Part shown: positions 13,410 to 26,579 of the stretch, piece after piece
Numbering within the stretch: position 1 is the stretch's first letter
Layout of the letters: the number at the start of each line of letters is the position of its first letter
NCBI GenBank assembly: GCA_951406725.2
Contig: OX597816.1
Location: forward strand, 56,978,001-57,042,000
Direction of reading: 5' to 3'
DNA from: Octopus vulgaris
Taxonomy: Eukaryota
DNA length: 64,000 nucleotides
Position numbers and translations under genes: made by a program
The notes under the pieces: generated by a model
What the model was told of the DNA's origin: nothing
Databases searched by the model: none
Seen by the model: only the letters and a program-made list of their open reading frames with translations

Positions 13410-13625
13410 TAAAGTTAATCCAAACATGAAAACACAAAGAGAAAACACAACAATGCGAGGACGTGGAACAAGTATAGTGTTATTGAACGTTCAGGAAAGG
13501 AAAGAAAGAAGGAGGATTTAACGTTTCGAGCGGAGCTCTTCGTCAGAAACATGGGAAAAGGAAAATCCAAGGAAGGGAAGACGGAGGAAAAAAAATCGTC
13601 AACGATACAAACGCGGTCACATATT
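13410..13625 (-). mobile_element. PLE pseudo-LTR fragment
   Basis: Flanked by microsatellites, contains a hammerhead, similar architecture to 4343-4495. Confidence 0.6.
13516..13550 (-). ncRNA. Minimal hammerhead ribozyme, intact core
   Basis: gttt-CTGACGA-a-GAGC tcc GCTC-GAAA-CG-TT-aaat. Confidence 0.7.
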
Positions 13626-13675
13626 GTATATGTATATGTATGTGTGTGTGTGTTGTATATATGTATGCATGCATG

Positions 13676-13773
<98 letters not shown>

Positions 13774-14244
13774 CCGGTGCTTATATATCAGAATTGCACG
13801 CCGAAATCCTCACACACACACTGACGAGCGCATGAACTTTAATTTCACTTCTATGTACATTTGGAAGTTGAGGACCAATAAACCTATTTCCCTTCGTAGT
13901 CAATTGAAACGACAGATATCAGGTCGTATTTCAGGGTGAAACTAAAGTTTCTTGGTAGATAACCTTTGTTGTAAAACAATCGTTAAAAATTGAGAGTGAA
14001 AACAAGCTGAATCATTGAATATGTAACGAGTGGAGGAGATTTACATCAACCGGAAATGACACTGCCTTTCCCTGGGTTAAATATTGATTTCTATCATTGG
14101 GACACGGCAACAGTTTAGTGGCTGGGGTGTCGATTAGCAACTCGGCGTCGCTATCTTTGGAGCCAGTCAAAAGAATTTTGCAGAAACAGACATCCAACAT
14201 AGTCTTGGTTGGGATCGTCAAACTAATTAATTAAAAGCTAATAT

Positions 14245-14770
14245 TAGCTCTTACCTTTTACTTGACGAAGACATTGCACTACGACCAAGCTGGAGCATTG
14301 CCTGGAAGAATATTAGGTCAAATGAATCAACCCACCCCCGTACTTATTTTGTTTTGGGGTTTTTAAAAAAAAATTTTTTAGAATTTGAAATCAGGTGCTT
14401 ATTCTATCGGACTCTTTTGCCGAATCGCTAATCTACGGGGACGTAAACACATCAACACCGATTTTCAAGCGGTGGTGGTCACACACATACATACACACAC
14501 ATAATTCTATATATACATGAAACATATTAGATTATTCTGAAGGGCGCAAAGGCGGCGAGCAGTCAGACTCGTTAGCGCGTTGGGAAAAAGCTTAGCGGCA
14601 TCTCATCAGTGTGCACGTTCTGAGTTCAAATTCCACCGTGGTCGACTTTGCATTTTATTCTTTTGTTGTCGATAAAATAAGTACCGGTTGAACCCTAGGG
14701 GGTCGATGTATTCGATTAATTCCCTTCCACTATATTTCATGTCTTATGCCTATAGTAAAATGAATTATTC
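14245..14770. mobile_element. Decayed SINE A tail (minus, 14245-14500) and SINE B (plus, 14549-14770)
   Basis: Similarity to the other copies. Confidence 0.75.
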
Positions 14771-15149
14771 TAAGGGACACAATAGTGAGTTGCTATAATG
14801 TTGGGGGAGTTTTATTCACATCTCACCGCAAAGATTCCAGATAGGACAAAGTTGCAATATTCTTTTTTATCTTTAGATGCGAAAACATAGGAAAATACTG
14901 AGTTAATTGGTAAAATTACCGAACAGAAAACGGAGTATTATTTAGAAATGGTGTCATGTCAAACCACTTAAATTTTATTTAACATGAAAGAGAGTTTAAC
15001 ATTTTGCAATTGCGAAAAATGCTACAAAATGATATGCTTCCTTTAAAAGTGAAGAAGCGACAAGACAGAACAAATATTTATGTATGTGTATATCCATGTG
15101 TGTGTATTATGATATATAATATATACAATAAAATGTTTCATATGTTATA

Positions 15150-15785
15150 TAGGCACAGGCGTGGCTGTGTGGTAAGATGCTTACTTCCAAACCATTTGGT
15201 TCCGAGAACAGTCCCACAGCGTGGCACCTTGAGCAACTGTCTTCTACCATAGCCCCGAGCCGACCAAATCCTTGTGAGTGGATTTGGCAGACAAAAAAAT
15301 TAAAAGCCTGCCGTGTATATATATATATATATATATATATGATACAGGCTTCTTTCAGTTTCTGTCTACCAAATCCATTCATATGGTTCCGGGTTCAATC
15401 CCACTGCGTGGCATCTCGGGCCGACCAAAGCCTTGTGAGCGAATTTGGTAGACGGAAACTGAAAGAAGCCTGTTATATATATGTGTGTGTGCGTGTGTGT
15501 GTATGCATGTATGTATGTATGTATGTATGTATGTATGTATGTATGTATGTATGTATGTATGTATGTATATGCATCTCTATATGTTTGTGTGTTTGTGTTT
15601 GTCACCCCAACATCGCTTGACAACCGATGCAGGTGTGTTTATGTCCATGTAACTTAGCGGTTCGGCAAAAGATTCCGATAGAATAAGTGCTAGACTTAGG
15701 AAGAATAAGTTCTGGAGTCGATTTGCTCGACTAAAGACGGTCCTCCAGGATGGCCCCAGTCAAATTACTGAAGCAAATAAAAGAA
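15150..15785 (+). mobile_element. Composite SINE A (partial head copy, short inverted piece, second copy with tail)
   Basis: aggcacaggcgtggctgtgtggtaag head; the body occurs twice; tail ...ggatggccccagtcaaattactgaa. Confidence 0.8.
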
Positions 15786-16004
15786 CAGTCTGCCGAACCA
15801 GATATAACATCTTAATTGCTAATAGTTGGCACGGAGAACGTAGAAGAGTTCAATACAAGATCAGAGGTGGGCTTCCACACGGAAAACACGAGCAACGCAC
15901 GGGCCCAACAGCGAGTACATACATGCATACATACATACATACATACATACATACATACATACATACATACATACATACATACATACATAAACTATTGTCT
16001 GACT

Positions 16005-16495
16005 TGAAATTTCAATGAAGGCGCCTTGGATCTAGTTTAGAAACCGGCTCTTTTTCTATTCGCAACGAATCTTGAAATAAAATTGAATAATGACATACAT
16101 ACATACATACATGCATACATACATACATACACACATACGTACCTGCATGCATATACACACGCACGCACACACGGATGCACGGACGCACACACACAAATAC
16201 ACACGCACAGACATACATACATTTAGATATATATGAGCATGATTAGATATGCAACTATATGCCCGAGAATATGTACATAAAACAAAACATACAAATCTGC
16301 ACATATACATACATACATACATACATTCATACATACATACATACATACATACATACATACATACATACATACATACATACATACATACATACCCTGTTGT
16401 TGATGTTGAAATTCCCGTGAAGGAGTATGGGATCTAGATTAGAAACCGGCTCTTTCTCTATTGGCAAGAAATCTTGAAATAAAACTGACCAATGA
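16005..16495 (+). mobile_element. Two R4/Dong-like 3' ends in tandem within (TACA)n
   Basis: gaaatt..atgaagg...tagaaaccggctct...aatcttgaaataaaa at 16005-16093 and 16390-16495. Confidence 0.8.
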
Positions 16496-16504
16496 CACAG
16501 ACAA

Positions 16505-16770
16505 CGAGTTCCCAATCGATCCGATCAGCTGAACAGCCTGCTCGTGAAATTAACGTTCGGGTGGCTGAGCACTCCACAGGCCCTTGGTCTATTTTTCAGG
16601 GGAATTCAACGTCACACAGAATGCGACAAGGCTGGCCCTGTGAATTACAGGTACTACTCATTTTTGCACAGATGAGTGGAGAGAAGAAGCGAGAAATAAA
16701 GTGTCTTGCTCAATGATCTTACAACCATGGGACAAACGCTCTAACCATTAAGCCACGCGCATCCACATAC
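16505..16770 (-). mobile_element. SINE family C-related copy
   Basis: gaacagcctgctcgtgaaattaacgt..gtggctgagcac is shared with 39990-40040. Confidence 0.75.
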
Positions 16771-16977
16771 ACCCCCCCACCTTATACATGTGCTAGTATA
16801 CGTGGAGACAGACGTGCGGATCTCCTAAGTATCAAACGGGGACGCGCGGCGAGCCTTATAAGAAGCTGTCACTCTTTATCATATTCAAATATTGTGTATC
16901 GACTTCTAACGAGATTTATTCACTGCATAACTTATGCAGTTATTTTTCAAACACCAGCCATATTGCCTTATACATTA

Positions 16978-17014
<37 letters not shown>

Positions 17015-17129
17015 TGTGTGTGTGTGTGTGAGTGTGTGTGTCTATATATGTATACATTTGTATGTATATGTGTATATATATCTATAGATATATGCATAAA
17101 TATATATATACATATATATATATATTTAT

Positions 17130-17222
<93 letters not shown>

Positions 17223-17894
17223 CTTACATATATACACACACATATATATATATATGTAAATATATTTGCGAGAGAATGTGTTTTAGCCATCTCCTTACTT
17301 CCGGTTCTCTCGCCAACATTATTTACACACTGTTGTCAAGTCTATCTTATCCAACAGCACATACAGAACCCACGTAGTAATCGGTAGACAAGTAGCTTTT
17401 TGTTCTCTAATGAAGCTGACCTTTAACTCTATTTTCAACCAAAGGTGAAACACGGTTCTCTTATTTCTCTTTCTGTCTCCTTTTTTACTATTATTTCGCA
17501 GCAGGTCCCACAGCTATCAAGCTATGTTCTCTCTTCAGGAAATAGACAAACAATGTCTCTCTCTTTCTGCTCACCATCAAAACATCTATTTTACATACAT
17601 CAAGTATGTTTCTTTTCCTGGCTTGTCTTGCTTTTTATTCGAGATTTATCTTTTATCTTTTCTCTTGTACTTGTTTCGGCCCTTAGACTGCGACCATGCT
17701 GCAGCACTGCCGTTTTATATATATATATATATATATATATCTGCCACCAAACATTATTACTGTGTCCATACAAGCATTCTTTGACTTCATAGTTTTCTAC
17801 TAAAAACAAAGAAACAGATCCATCGCATTCATGTACATTTTCATCACACAGAATAATGAACTTACCAGAAATAACGCGCACGCACACACACACA

Positions 17895-17935
<41 letters not shown>

Positions 17936-18048
17936 ATACACACAATGAATGACACTCAGATGTACATAGGTGCATACCAACGTGTGCAAACACATACGTA
18001 CAGAAACACACATATACGCAAAGTATGCATGTAAATGTAAGTATGTAT

Positions 18049-18107
<59 letters not shown>

Positions 18108-18406
18108 TTTATATTTATATATATATATACATATATTTATATATATACATATATATATATATGAATATTTATATATATGCATATATATATATATACATAT
18201 ATATGTATATATGTTTACATATATATTCCTATACATATATGTGTGGTGTGCGTATACATACATACATACATACATACATACACATACAGGACAGTCAATC
18301 ATGCGATGTATAATTACATTACTTTTACTTCCCATTCTTGTTGTTATGAAAAGTTTCAAGTAACGAATGGATGCAATACACAGACACACGTACATACATA
18401 CACACA

Positions 18407-18464
<58 letters not shown>

Positions 18465-18594
18465 TACACACACACACGCTGTTTATCAAGCATTTCAATA
18501 TGTGAGAAGTATGTTTAATGTTTATAACATATTGATATGTTTAAAACATTTTCTGTTGGTTGAAAATAATTAAATAAAGAAAGATAATAAGTTT

Positions 18595-18950
18595 TGTGGA
18601 CGAGAAAAAAACCCCAAAAACAACTGGTTTAGTTTTATCCGCCACGGTTTCCGCCCGAAAGATACTTTGTCTGTTACAACATCCAAATGGATTTAACTCA
18701 ATCCTGATGCCATCAACTGGATCACGACTGATCCAATGTATCTTGATTTCAGCAAAATATTTGATGCTGTCGACCGTGGCGTGTCGGAGGCTGAGGACAG
18801 TTTAATGGAAAGGTCGGTAATGTGGTTGCTAGGTTTCTAGAATGAGAGAAGTAAGGGTATCGCAAGAATTGCTACTTGATGTGAAAGTCTTCCGCAATAA
18901 AAAGGATCACCACAAGGTATTTTTAAGGACCCTCTGTTTTTATTACGCTC
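18595..18950 (+). pseudogene. Decayed CR1-type RT fragment
   Basis: HGFRPKR, MYLDFSKIFDAVD and GSPQG motifs in order. Confidence 0.65.
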
Positions 18951-18969
18951 TCAAATATAAAGGGGATCC

Positions 18970-19057
18970 ACGCGCGCACGCGCACACACACACATATGCA
19001 CATTATATCACACGCATATATATGCATATTAAACACATATGTACATGTGAATAAATA

Positions 19058-19097
<40 letters not shown>

Positions 19098-19665
19098 ACA
19101 CACACACACTCGCACATATATATATATATATATATCATACACACACATATATATGCATATCATACATACACATATATATGCATATTACACACACACACAA
19201 ATACACAAACACACACATACACTCGCACATATATATATATATATATCTCATACACACACATATATATGCATATCATACATACACATATATATGCATATTA
19301 CACACACACACAAATACACAAATACACATGCACACGCAAGCAGGCACACACACACCTATATATACGCACACAACACACACACGCACACACACACAAATAC
19401 ACACGCACATGCAAGCAGGCACACACACACACATATACGCACACAACACACACACGCACACACACACATATATACGTACACAACACACACGCACACACAC
19501 AAACACAAATACACAAATACACACGCACGCAGGCACACACACACACACACACACATATACGCACACAACACACACACGCACACAAACACGCACACACAAA
19601 TACACACACACGCACTCGCACTCACACACACACATATATATATATTACATAAACACGCACACACA
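18970..19665. repeat. Degenerate (CA)/(TA) microsatellite with a 113-bp internal duplication
   Basis: The block at about 19135 is repeated at about 19248. Confidence 0.8.
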
Positions 19666-20175
19666 TAGATGTTCTATGGCTTGGTGCAAAAGCTGTAGTT
19701 TCTCCGACACAGCCTCAATCTGTCAACTTCTGGCTGGGAGCTCTGTCTCTGGCCACTGCAGTCTTGATTTACGTCAAATACTGCCATAACGTTAACCCTC
19801 TCGAAGCCATTTGCCTTAAATAGGTTACACTACTCAGGTATCTCATTTGTCAAATATTTCTGGAGTCAAGTAACCCCAGGCAGCCACCTAAACGATTAGG
19901 AAATGCACAAACCATTACGCCTATACACTCTTACACACACACATACACACACTAGACACACACATATGCATACACACACACACAAACACATACACAAACA
20001 CACATGCACGCAGGCACACAAACTCACGCATATTTATATTCACATAAACATATACGTATACACATATATATATATATAAAATAATGAGGAAGATAAATTG
20101 AATATTAATTTAATTAATACCAATTTAAAACCAGTAGCCTAGCATACAAAAATCTGAAAAATCACAGAAAAATCA

Positions 20176-20260
20176 CTAAAAAACCACTAGGTGGTCAGCC
20201 ATATGCTAGAAGTAGGTGATCTACTTCTAGCATACGGCTGACCACCTAGTGGTTTTTTAG
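20176..20260. repeat. Near-perfect hairpin, 40-bp stem and 5-nt loop
   Basis: ctaaaaaaccactaggtggtcagccatatgctagaagtag-gtgat-ctacttctagcatacggctgaccacctagtggttttttag; one mismatch. Confidence 0.95.
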
Positions 20261-20585
20261 CTCTTTAAATATACATATATATATTAGAAGGTTTGGAGAT
20301 GATGTACAGGTATCATATATTAGAATAAATGAGGTACTCAGAAATCTGGATGATATTTACAGATATTTATTAGTATGTTACATGTTTTTATAAATCATAT
20401 ATCATATATTGTCTTATATATTTTGGTGTTGCATATTTTGCAGATTTGCGTTAGGTATTCTGCGTGTGTGGTATAAGTCCGTTCTGGGTCTAATTCAGTT
20501 CCATTCTTTTCGATGTTGTGCATTCCTGTGACGTTCTCTGTAATTTTTGGTATCCTCTGTTTGTGGGTCTGATATATATATATAT

Positions 20586-22258
20586 ATTTATGTGAGCACA
20601 TATTCTTAATAATTGGTACGACTCTCTGTTTGTCTCTCTCTCTCTCATTTTTACTTGATCTGTCCCCCTCTCTCTCTTTTCTCTCTACTCATCCTCTTTT
20701 TCTCTTCTCTTTCCTCTGATTCTTTGGTCTAGTCTTCCACTACCCTCCTATTTCTTTGTCTCGCTCTGCACTCACAGGTCATTCTTCGACACCCATCCCT
20801 TCTCCTCTCTGATTCCTTCTTTCTCTCTCTTCTCTCTCTTTGTTGCGTTTGTCCCTCCTCTCTCTCTCTCCTCTCTCTCTCTCTTCCTTTGCTTCTCTTT
20901 CTTTTCTTTTCCCTCTTCTCTGTCACGTGACTGTTGGCCGAAATCTGCCTTTCAGCTTCTGACCCTCGTTCTGTTAACATCGCTGTTTTCGTCCGCCACT
21001 ATAAAGGCTTTTTCCATTGCGCCAGAGAAAAAATTTGTTTGCTTGTTATCAGTCGTAAGACACTGTTGTTTTCACCGTTAATGCTTCTGTATTTCATGTT
21101 TCTGTATTCCATTATTGTTTTTTGTTTTTTTATATCTGTCCCTTTTGCTGTCCTGGTGTTCGTATGCATTCGATCCTTCTTCCAGGAAATCTACGCTTCC
21201 AGCTTAGTTTTTCTAATGCTCGTTGCTTGGTTTTTCTTGGAGGGCTGGCCGTGATCTAGTAATCTCAAGATTAATCAGCCGAAATTACTACGATGATCCG
21301 GTTCTTGACTGAAGACTGAGGGTTTCGAATGTCCTGTCCGTGTTTATTGTGTCGTCTTCTAAGAGTTATACGTTCTTGTCCATGTTGTATTTTTCTACAT
21401 ACCTTAACATATATTCCAGGCGCCCCGTACCCCCCTTAACATTTATGTGAGCACATATTCTTAATAATTGGTACGACTCTCTGTTTGTCTCTCTCTCTCT
21501 CATTTTTACTTGATCTGTCCCCCTCTCTCTCTTTTCTCTCTACTCATCCTCTTTTTCTCTTCTCTTTCCTCTGATTCTTTGGTCTAGTCTTCCACTACCC
21601 TCCTATTTCTTTGTCTCGCTCTGCACTCACAGGTCATTCTTCGACACCCATCCCTTCTCCTCTCTGATTCCTTCTTTCTCTCTCTTCTCTCTCTTTGTTG
21701 CGTTTGTCCCTCCTCTCTCTCTCTCCTCTCTCTCTCTCTTCCTTTGCTTCTCTTTCTTTTCTTTTCCCTCTTCTCTGTCACGTGACTGTTGGCCGAAATC
21801 TGCCTTTCAGCTTCTGACCCTCGTTCTGTTAACATCGCTGTTTTCGTCCGCCACTATAAAGGCTTTTTCCATTGCGCCAGAGAAAAAATTTGTTTGCTTG
21901 TTATCAGTCGTAAGACACTGTTGTTTTCACCGTTAATGCTTCTGTATTTCATGTTTCTGTATTCCATTATTGTTTTTTGTTTTTTTATATCTGTCCCTTT
22001 TGCTGTCCTGGTGTTCGTATGCATTCGATCCTTCTTCCAGGAAATCTACGCTTCCAGCTTAGTTTTTCTAATGCTCGTTGCTTGGTTTTTCTTGGAGGGC
22101 TGGCCGTGATCTAGTAATCTCAAGATTAATCAGCCGAAATTACTACGATGATCCGGTTCTTGACTGAAGACTGAGGGTTTCGAATGTCCTGTCCGTGTTT
22201 ATTGTGTCGTCTTCTAAGAGTTATACGTTCTTGTCCATGTTGTATTTTTCTACATACC

Positions 22259-22262
<4 letters not shown>
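20586..22262. repeat. Direct tandem duplication: 2 x 822 bp (20586-21407 and 21441-22262) with a 33-nt spacer
   Basis: Identical ORF pairs offset by 855 nt; the copies look identical by eye. Confidence 0.95.
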
Positions 22263-22292
<30 letters not shown>

Positions 22293-22322
22293 TACACACA
22301 CACTTATAAATATGGATACATC

Positions 22323-22364
<42 letters not shown>

Positions 22365-22365
<1 letters not shown>

Positions 22366-22560
22366 TTTTATTGTTTCAGTCATTTGATTGGGATCACGCT
22401 GCAGCACAGCGTTTAGTCGAACAAATCGACCCCAGTACTTATTATTTGTAAGCCTGGTACTTATTCAATCGGTCTCTTTTCCGGAACCGTTAGATTTCGG
22501 GGACGTAAACACACCAACATCAGTTGTCAAGCGATGGTAGGGGTACAAACACAGAAACAC
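22365..22560 (-). mobile_element. SINE A tail half
   Basis: Matches the family A tail. Confidence 0.85.
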
Positions 22561-22574
22561 GCACGCACAAACAT

Positions 22575-22623
<49 letters not shown>

Positions 22624-22657
22624 AAAGGTTTGAAAATGCAATTTAAACGATGTTTAT

Positions 22658-22703
22658 TTACTTAACCGGTTTCACTCTTTGTTAAAAAGATTGTCAAAAG
22701 TAA
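22658..22703 (-). ncRNA. Hammerhead ribozyme, U3-A8 variant
   Basis: ttactt-TTGACAA-TCTTT ttaac AAAGA-gt-GAAA-CCGG-TT-aagtaa. Confidence 0.65.
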
Positions 22704-23455
22704 CATTGAATATTATGGGTTCAAAAAAAGTTTTTTACATAATTGTCACATTGAATATTATGAATTCAAAAATGTTTTTTTATACATAATTGTCACATTA
22801 CATGTATAAATATAGTATAAAAAAGTTCAATAGTGTGATGAGAATATTTGGAAAAATTGGCAGAAAAGAATAAAACAAATATATTATTGGAAATTTGGTT
22901 GCGTTAATTATTGGTTGTCGCAAATTGTCACATTACATGTATATATATACAGTCTTTGGTAGAAATGACATGTTAAAGACATAAGGAAGTGTAATAGTTT
23001 GGTGAGAAAGCTTGTAATATTGACAGAGAAAATTAAAATGGATATTTTAGACATCTCAGAATATTTTGAATCGAAGGCGAGAATTTGTTTTTTACTGACC
23101 TGTTTGTTTTAGCAGAAAAGTTGAATTGAGAGAAAAAAAGATATGTACCCAATTTGGTTTATACTTCCCCTTCAAGCATCAGTGACTTTGGGGTTATTGG
23201 GAGGTGAGTATGCGGGTGTGAATAGATGTGTCCGTGTGCCTGCTGGTCAGACAGCGTCTGTTTGTCACACACATATATACACACACACACACAACAACAA
23301 TACACACACACACATAGTATACACACACACACCACATACACACAACACACACACACACAGAACACACACACACACAACGCACCCACATATATAATATATA
23401 CACACAGCACACAAATATAACATGTATTTATATATAATATACACACATATATAAA

Positions 23456-23507
<52 letters not shown>

Positions 23508-24302
23508 CACACGCACACATATATACATAATATAAATATCACACAAATACACCTAGCATATATATACACATACAATACACATACACAGCATGTATATAAT
23601 ACACATACACAATATATGCATGCAATATACATACGCAATACATACATATAATATATATATATATAGACAATGCATATACATATATACATATATACATATA
23701 AATAGTGTTTACATACACATACATAGATATACCACATATACACACAATATACATACATACAATGCATACACATACACGTACGCATACATATAAAATATAT
23801 AGACACACACACACATAACATACATACACAATGCATACATATATATACACGCAACGTATATACATGTATTCATGTATATATAGCACACTTACAATATACA
23901 TATATACAATGCACACATACACACATATATACACTTAATTGTACACATACATATACAATACACATACATACAATATACATATACACAATGCGCATGCAAA
24001 TAATGCACATGTTTATACACCCATATACATGAAAATATATATACACACACACACATACACACACACATATATATATATACACATATATATATATATATAC
24101 ACATATACATACATACATACATGCACATACATATATTTTTTCACACACATACACACACATATATATATAAAATTCACACACACACCCACACACACAAAAT
24201 ACAAACCTATAGTGTACACACTCAAATATATCTCTACATACCGCACACACACACAAACAATGTACTCACATATACACACATACCATGCATATACACACAC
24301 AG

Positions 24303-24334
<32 letters not shown>

Positions 24335-24752
24335 AACAAATACACATGTAAATACATACACTCGTACACAATGCTCACACACACACACATACACACACAC
24401 ACGCACACAGTGCACACACACACACATATATACACACGTGCACACACACACACAACGCGCGCACACACACACACATACACACACGCACACAGTGCACACA
24501 CACACACACACATAAACACACGCGCACACACACACACACAACGTGCACACTCACACACACACACACAACACTCACACACATACATAACCTACATATATAT
24601 AATGCATGCGTGTGCGTGCCACGTATGTGTGCGGTCAATGCCCGCTAGTGTGTCCTATGCGTGCCAATGCGCGCATGTGCCCACCCGCACGATATGCTGT
24701 GAGTGTGCGCGTGCCCCTGTGTGCCTGCTCTGGATGTGTGCCCAGGGGTATG

Positions 24753-25120
24753 TTAGAGTATGTTTAGTTGTGGTCTGTATTTTTGAATAAGATTACTTTC
24801 CTTATTTATTCGTGTTTGGTCTGTGGTGTTGTCCGAGCATTGGTATAGTGGGAAGACTAAGAATTTGGGGGACTTATTGTGTGCACAAAGGTCTAAGTGT
24901 CCACTTAGTGGTATCTGTCTTGTGGAGGGGTCCCTCAGTTGTTGTCGGTGAACTGTCATTCTTTCTCTGAGGGTAAGGCTCGTTTGCCCTATGTAGTCTT
25001 CGTGGCATCCTTCACACCTTATGACGTAGAGTAAATTTTTTGATGCGCACGTGAAATTATTTTTTATGATGAATGTGTGTCCCGAGTGGAACTTGTACGA
25101 CGATCCCTCAATGAGGTGGA
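24753..25120 (-). CDS. GIY-YIG endonuclease domain of a Penelope-like element (5'-truncated, open frame)
   Basis: FTCASKNLLYVIRCEGCHEDYIGQTSLTLRERMTVH...H...KESNLIQKYRPQLN*; the N-terminal part of the listed ORF is microsatellite. Confidence 0.85.
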
Positions 25121-25414
25121 TACATATTTTATATGTATGCGTACGTGTATGTGTATGCATTGTATGTATGTATATTGTGTGTATATGTGGTATATCTATG
25201 TATGTGTATGTAAACACTATTTATATGTATATATGTATATATGTATATGCATTGTCTATATATATATATATTATATGTATGTATTGCGTATGTATATTGC
25301 ATGCATATATTGTGTATGTGTATTATATACATGCTGTGTATGTGTATTGTATGTGTATATATATGCTAGGTGTATTTGTGTGATATTTATATTATGTATA
25401 TATGTGTGCGTGTG

Positions 25415-25451
<37 letters not shown>

Positions 25452-26214
25452 GTGTGTGTATGTTTTATATATGTGTGTATATTATATATAAATACATGTT
25501 ATATTTGTGTGCTGTGTGTATATATTATATATGTGGGTGCGTTGTGTGTGTGTGTGTTCTGTGTGTGTGTGTGTTGTGTGTATGTGGTGTGTGTGTGTAT
25601 ACTATGTGTGTGTGTGTATTGTTGTTGTGTGTGTGTGTGTATATATGTGTGTGACAAACAGACGCTGTCTGACCAGCAGGCACACGGACACATCTATTCA
25701 CACCCGCATACTCACCTCCCAATAACCCCAAAGTCACTGATGCTTGAAGGGAAGTATAAACCAAATTGGGTACATATCTTTTTTTCTCTCAATTCAACTT
25801 TTCTGCTAAAACAAACAGGTCAGTAAAAAACAAATTCTCGCCTTCGATTCAAAATATTCTGAGATGTCTAAAATATCCATTTTAATTTTCTCTGTCAATA
25901 TTACAAGCTTTCTCACCAAACTATTACACTTCCTTATGTCTTTAACATGTCATTTCTACCAAAGACTGTATATATATACATGTAATGTGACAATTTGCGA
26001 CAACCAATAATTAACGCAACCAAATTTCCAATAATATATTTGTTTTATTCTTTTCTGCCAATTTTTCCAAATATTCTCATCACACTATTGAACTTTTTTA
26101 TACTATATTTATACATGTAATGTGACAATTATGTATAAAAAAACATTTTTGAATTCATAATATTCAATGTGACAATTATGTAAAAAACTTTTTTTGAACC
26201 CATAATATTCAATG

Positions 26215-26260
26215 TTACTTTTGACAATCTTTTTAACAAAGAGTGAAACCGGTTAAGTAA
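26215..26260 (+). ncRNA. Hammerhead ribozyme, U3-A8 variant (second arm)
   Basis: Identical to 22658-22703. Confidence 0.65.
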
Positions 26261-26335
26261 ATAAACATCGTTTAAATTGCATTTTCAAACCTTTTTTCAT
26301 ATATAATCCCACTCGTGCGATACCCCACAACTCAA

Positions 26336-26405
<70 letters not shown>

Positions 26406-26476
26406 TGTATATATATATATATATATATGTATATAGATATATATAAATATATATACATATATATTTAGATATATAA

Positions 26477-26529
<53 letters not shown>

Positions 26530-26579
26530 TATATAGATATATATATATATGTATACGACGGTCTTCTTTCAGTTTATAT

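Larger units (their letters stand above)
22618..26342. mobile_element. 5'-truncated Penelope-like element with an inverted 3' duplication (arms 22618-23798 and 25124-26300)
   Basis: About 1.18-kb near-identical inverted arms with a GIY-YIG fragment between them, a hammerhead in each arm and (TA)n on both flanks. Confidence 0.88.

Noticed and set aside
14012-14221. 69-aa non-repetitive ORF
   Set aside because: No recognisable domain or convincing splice signals.
20729-21254. Duplicated charged and hydrophobic ORFs
   Set aside because: They arise from CT-rich and T-rich low-complexity sequence in a tandem repeat, with no domain signal.
21308-21340. Hammerhead at CTGAAGA...GAAT (also 22163 and CTGAGGA at 44953)
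   Set aside because: GAAA is replaced by GAAT and helices I and III could not be formed.
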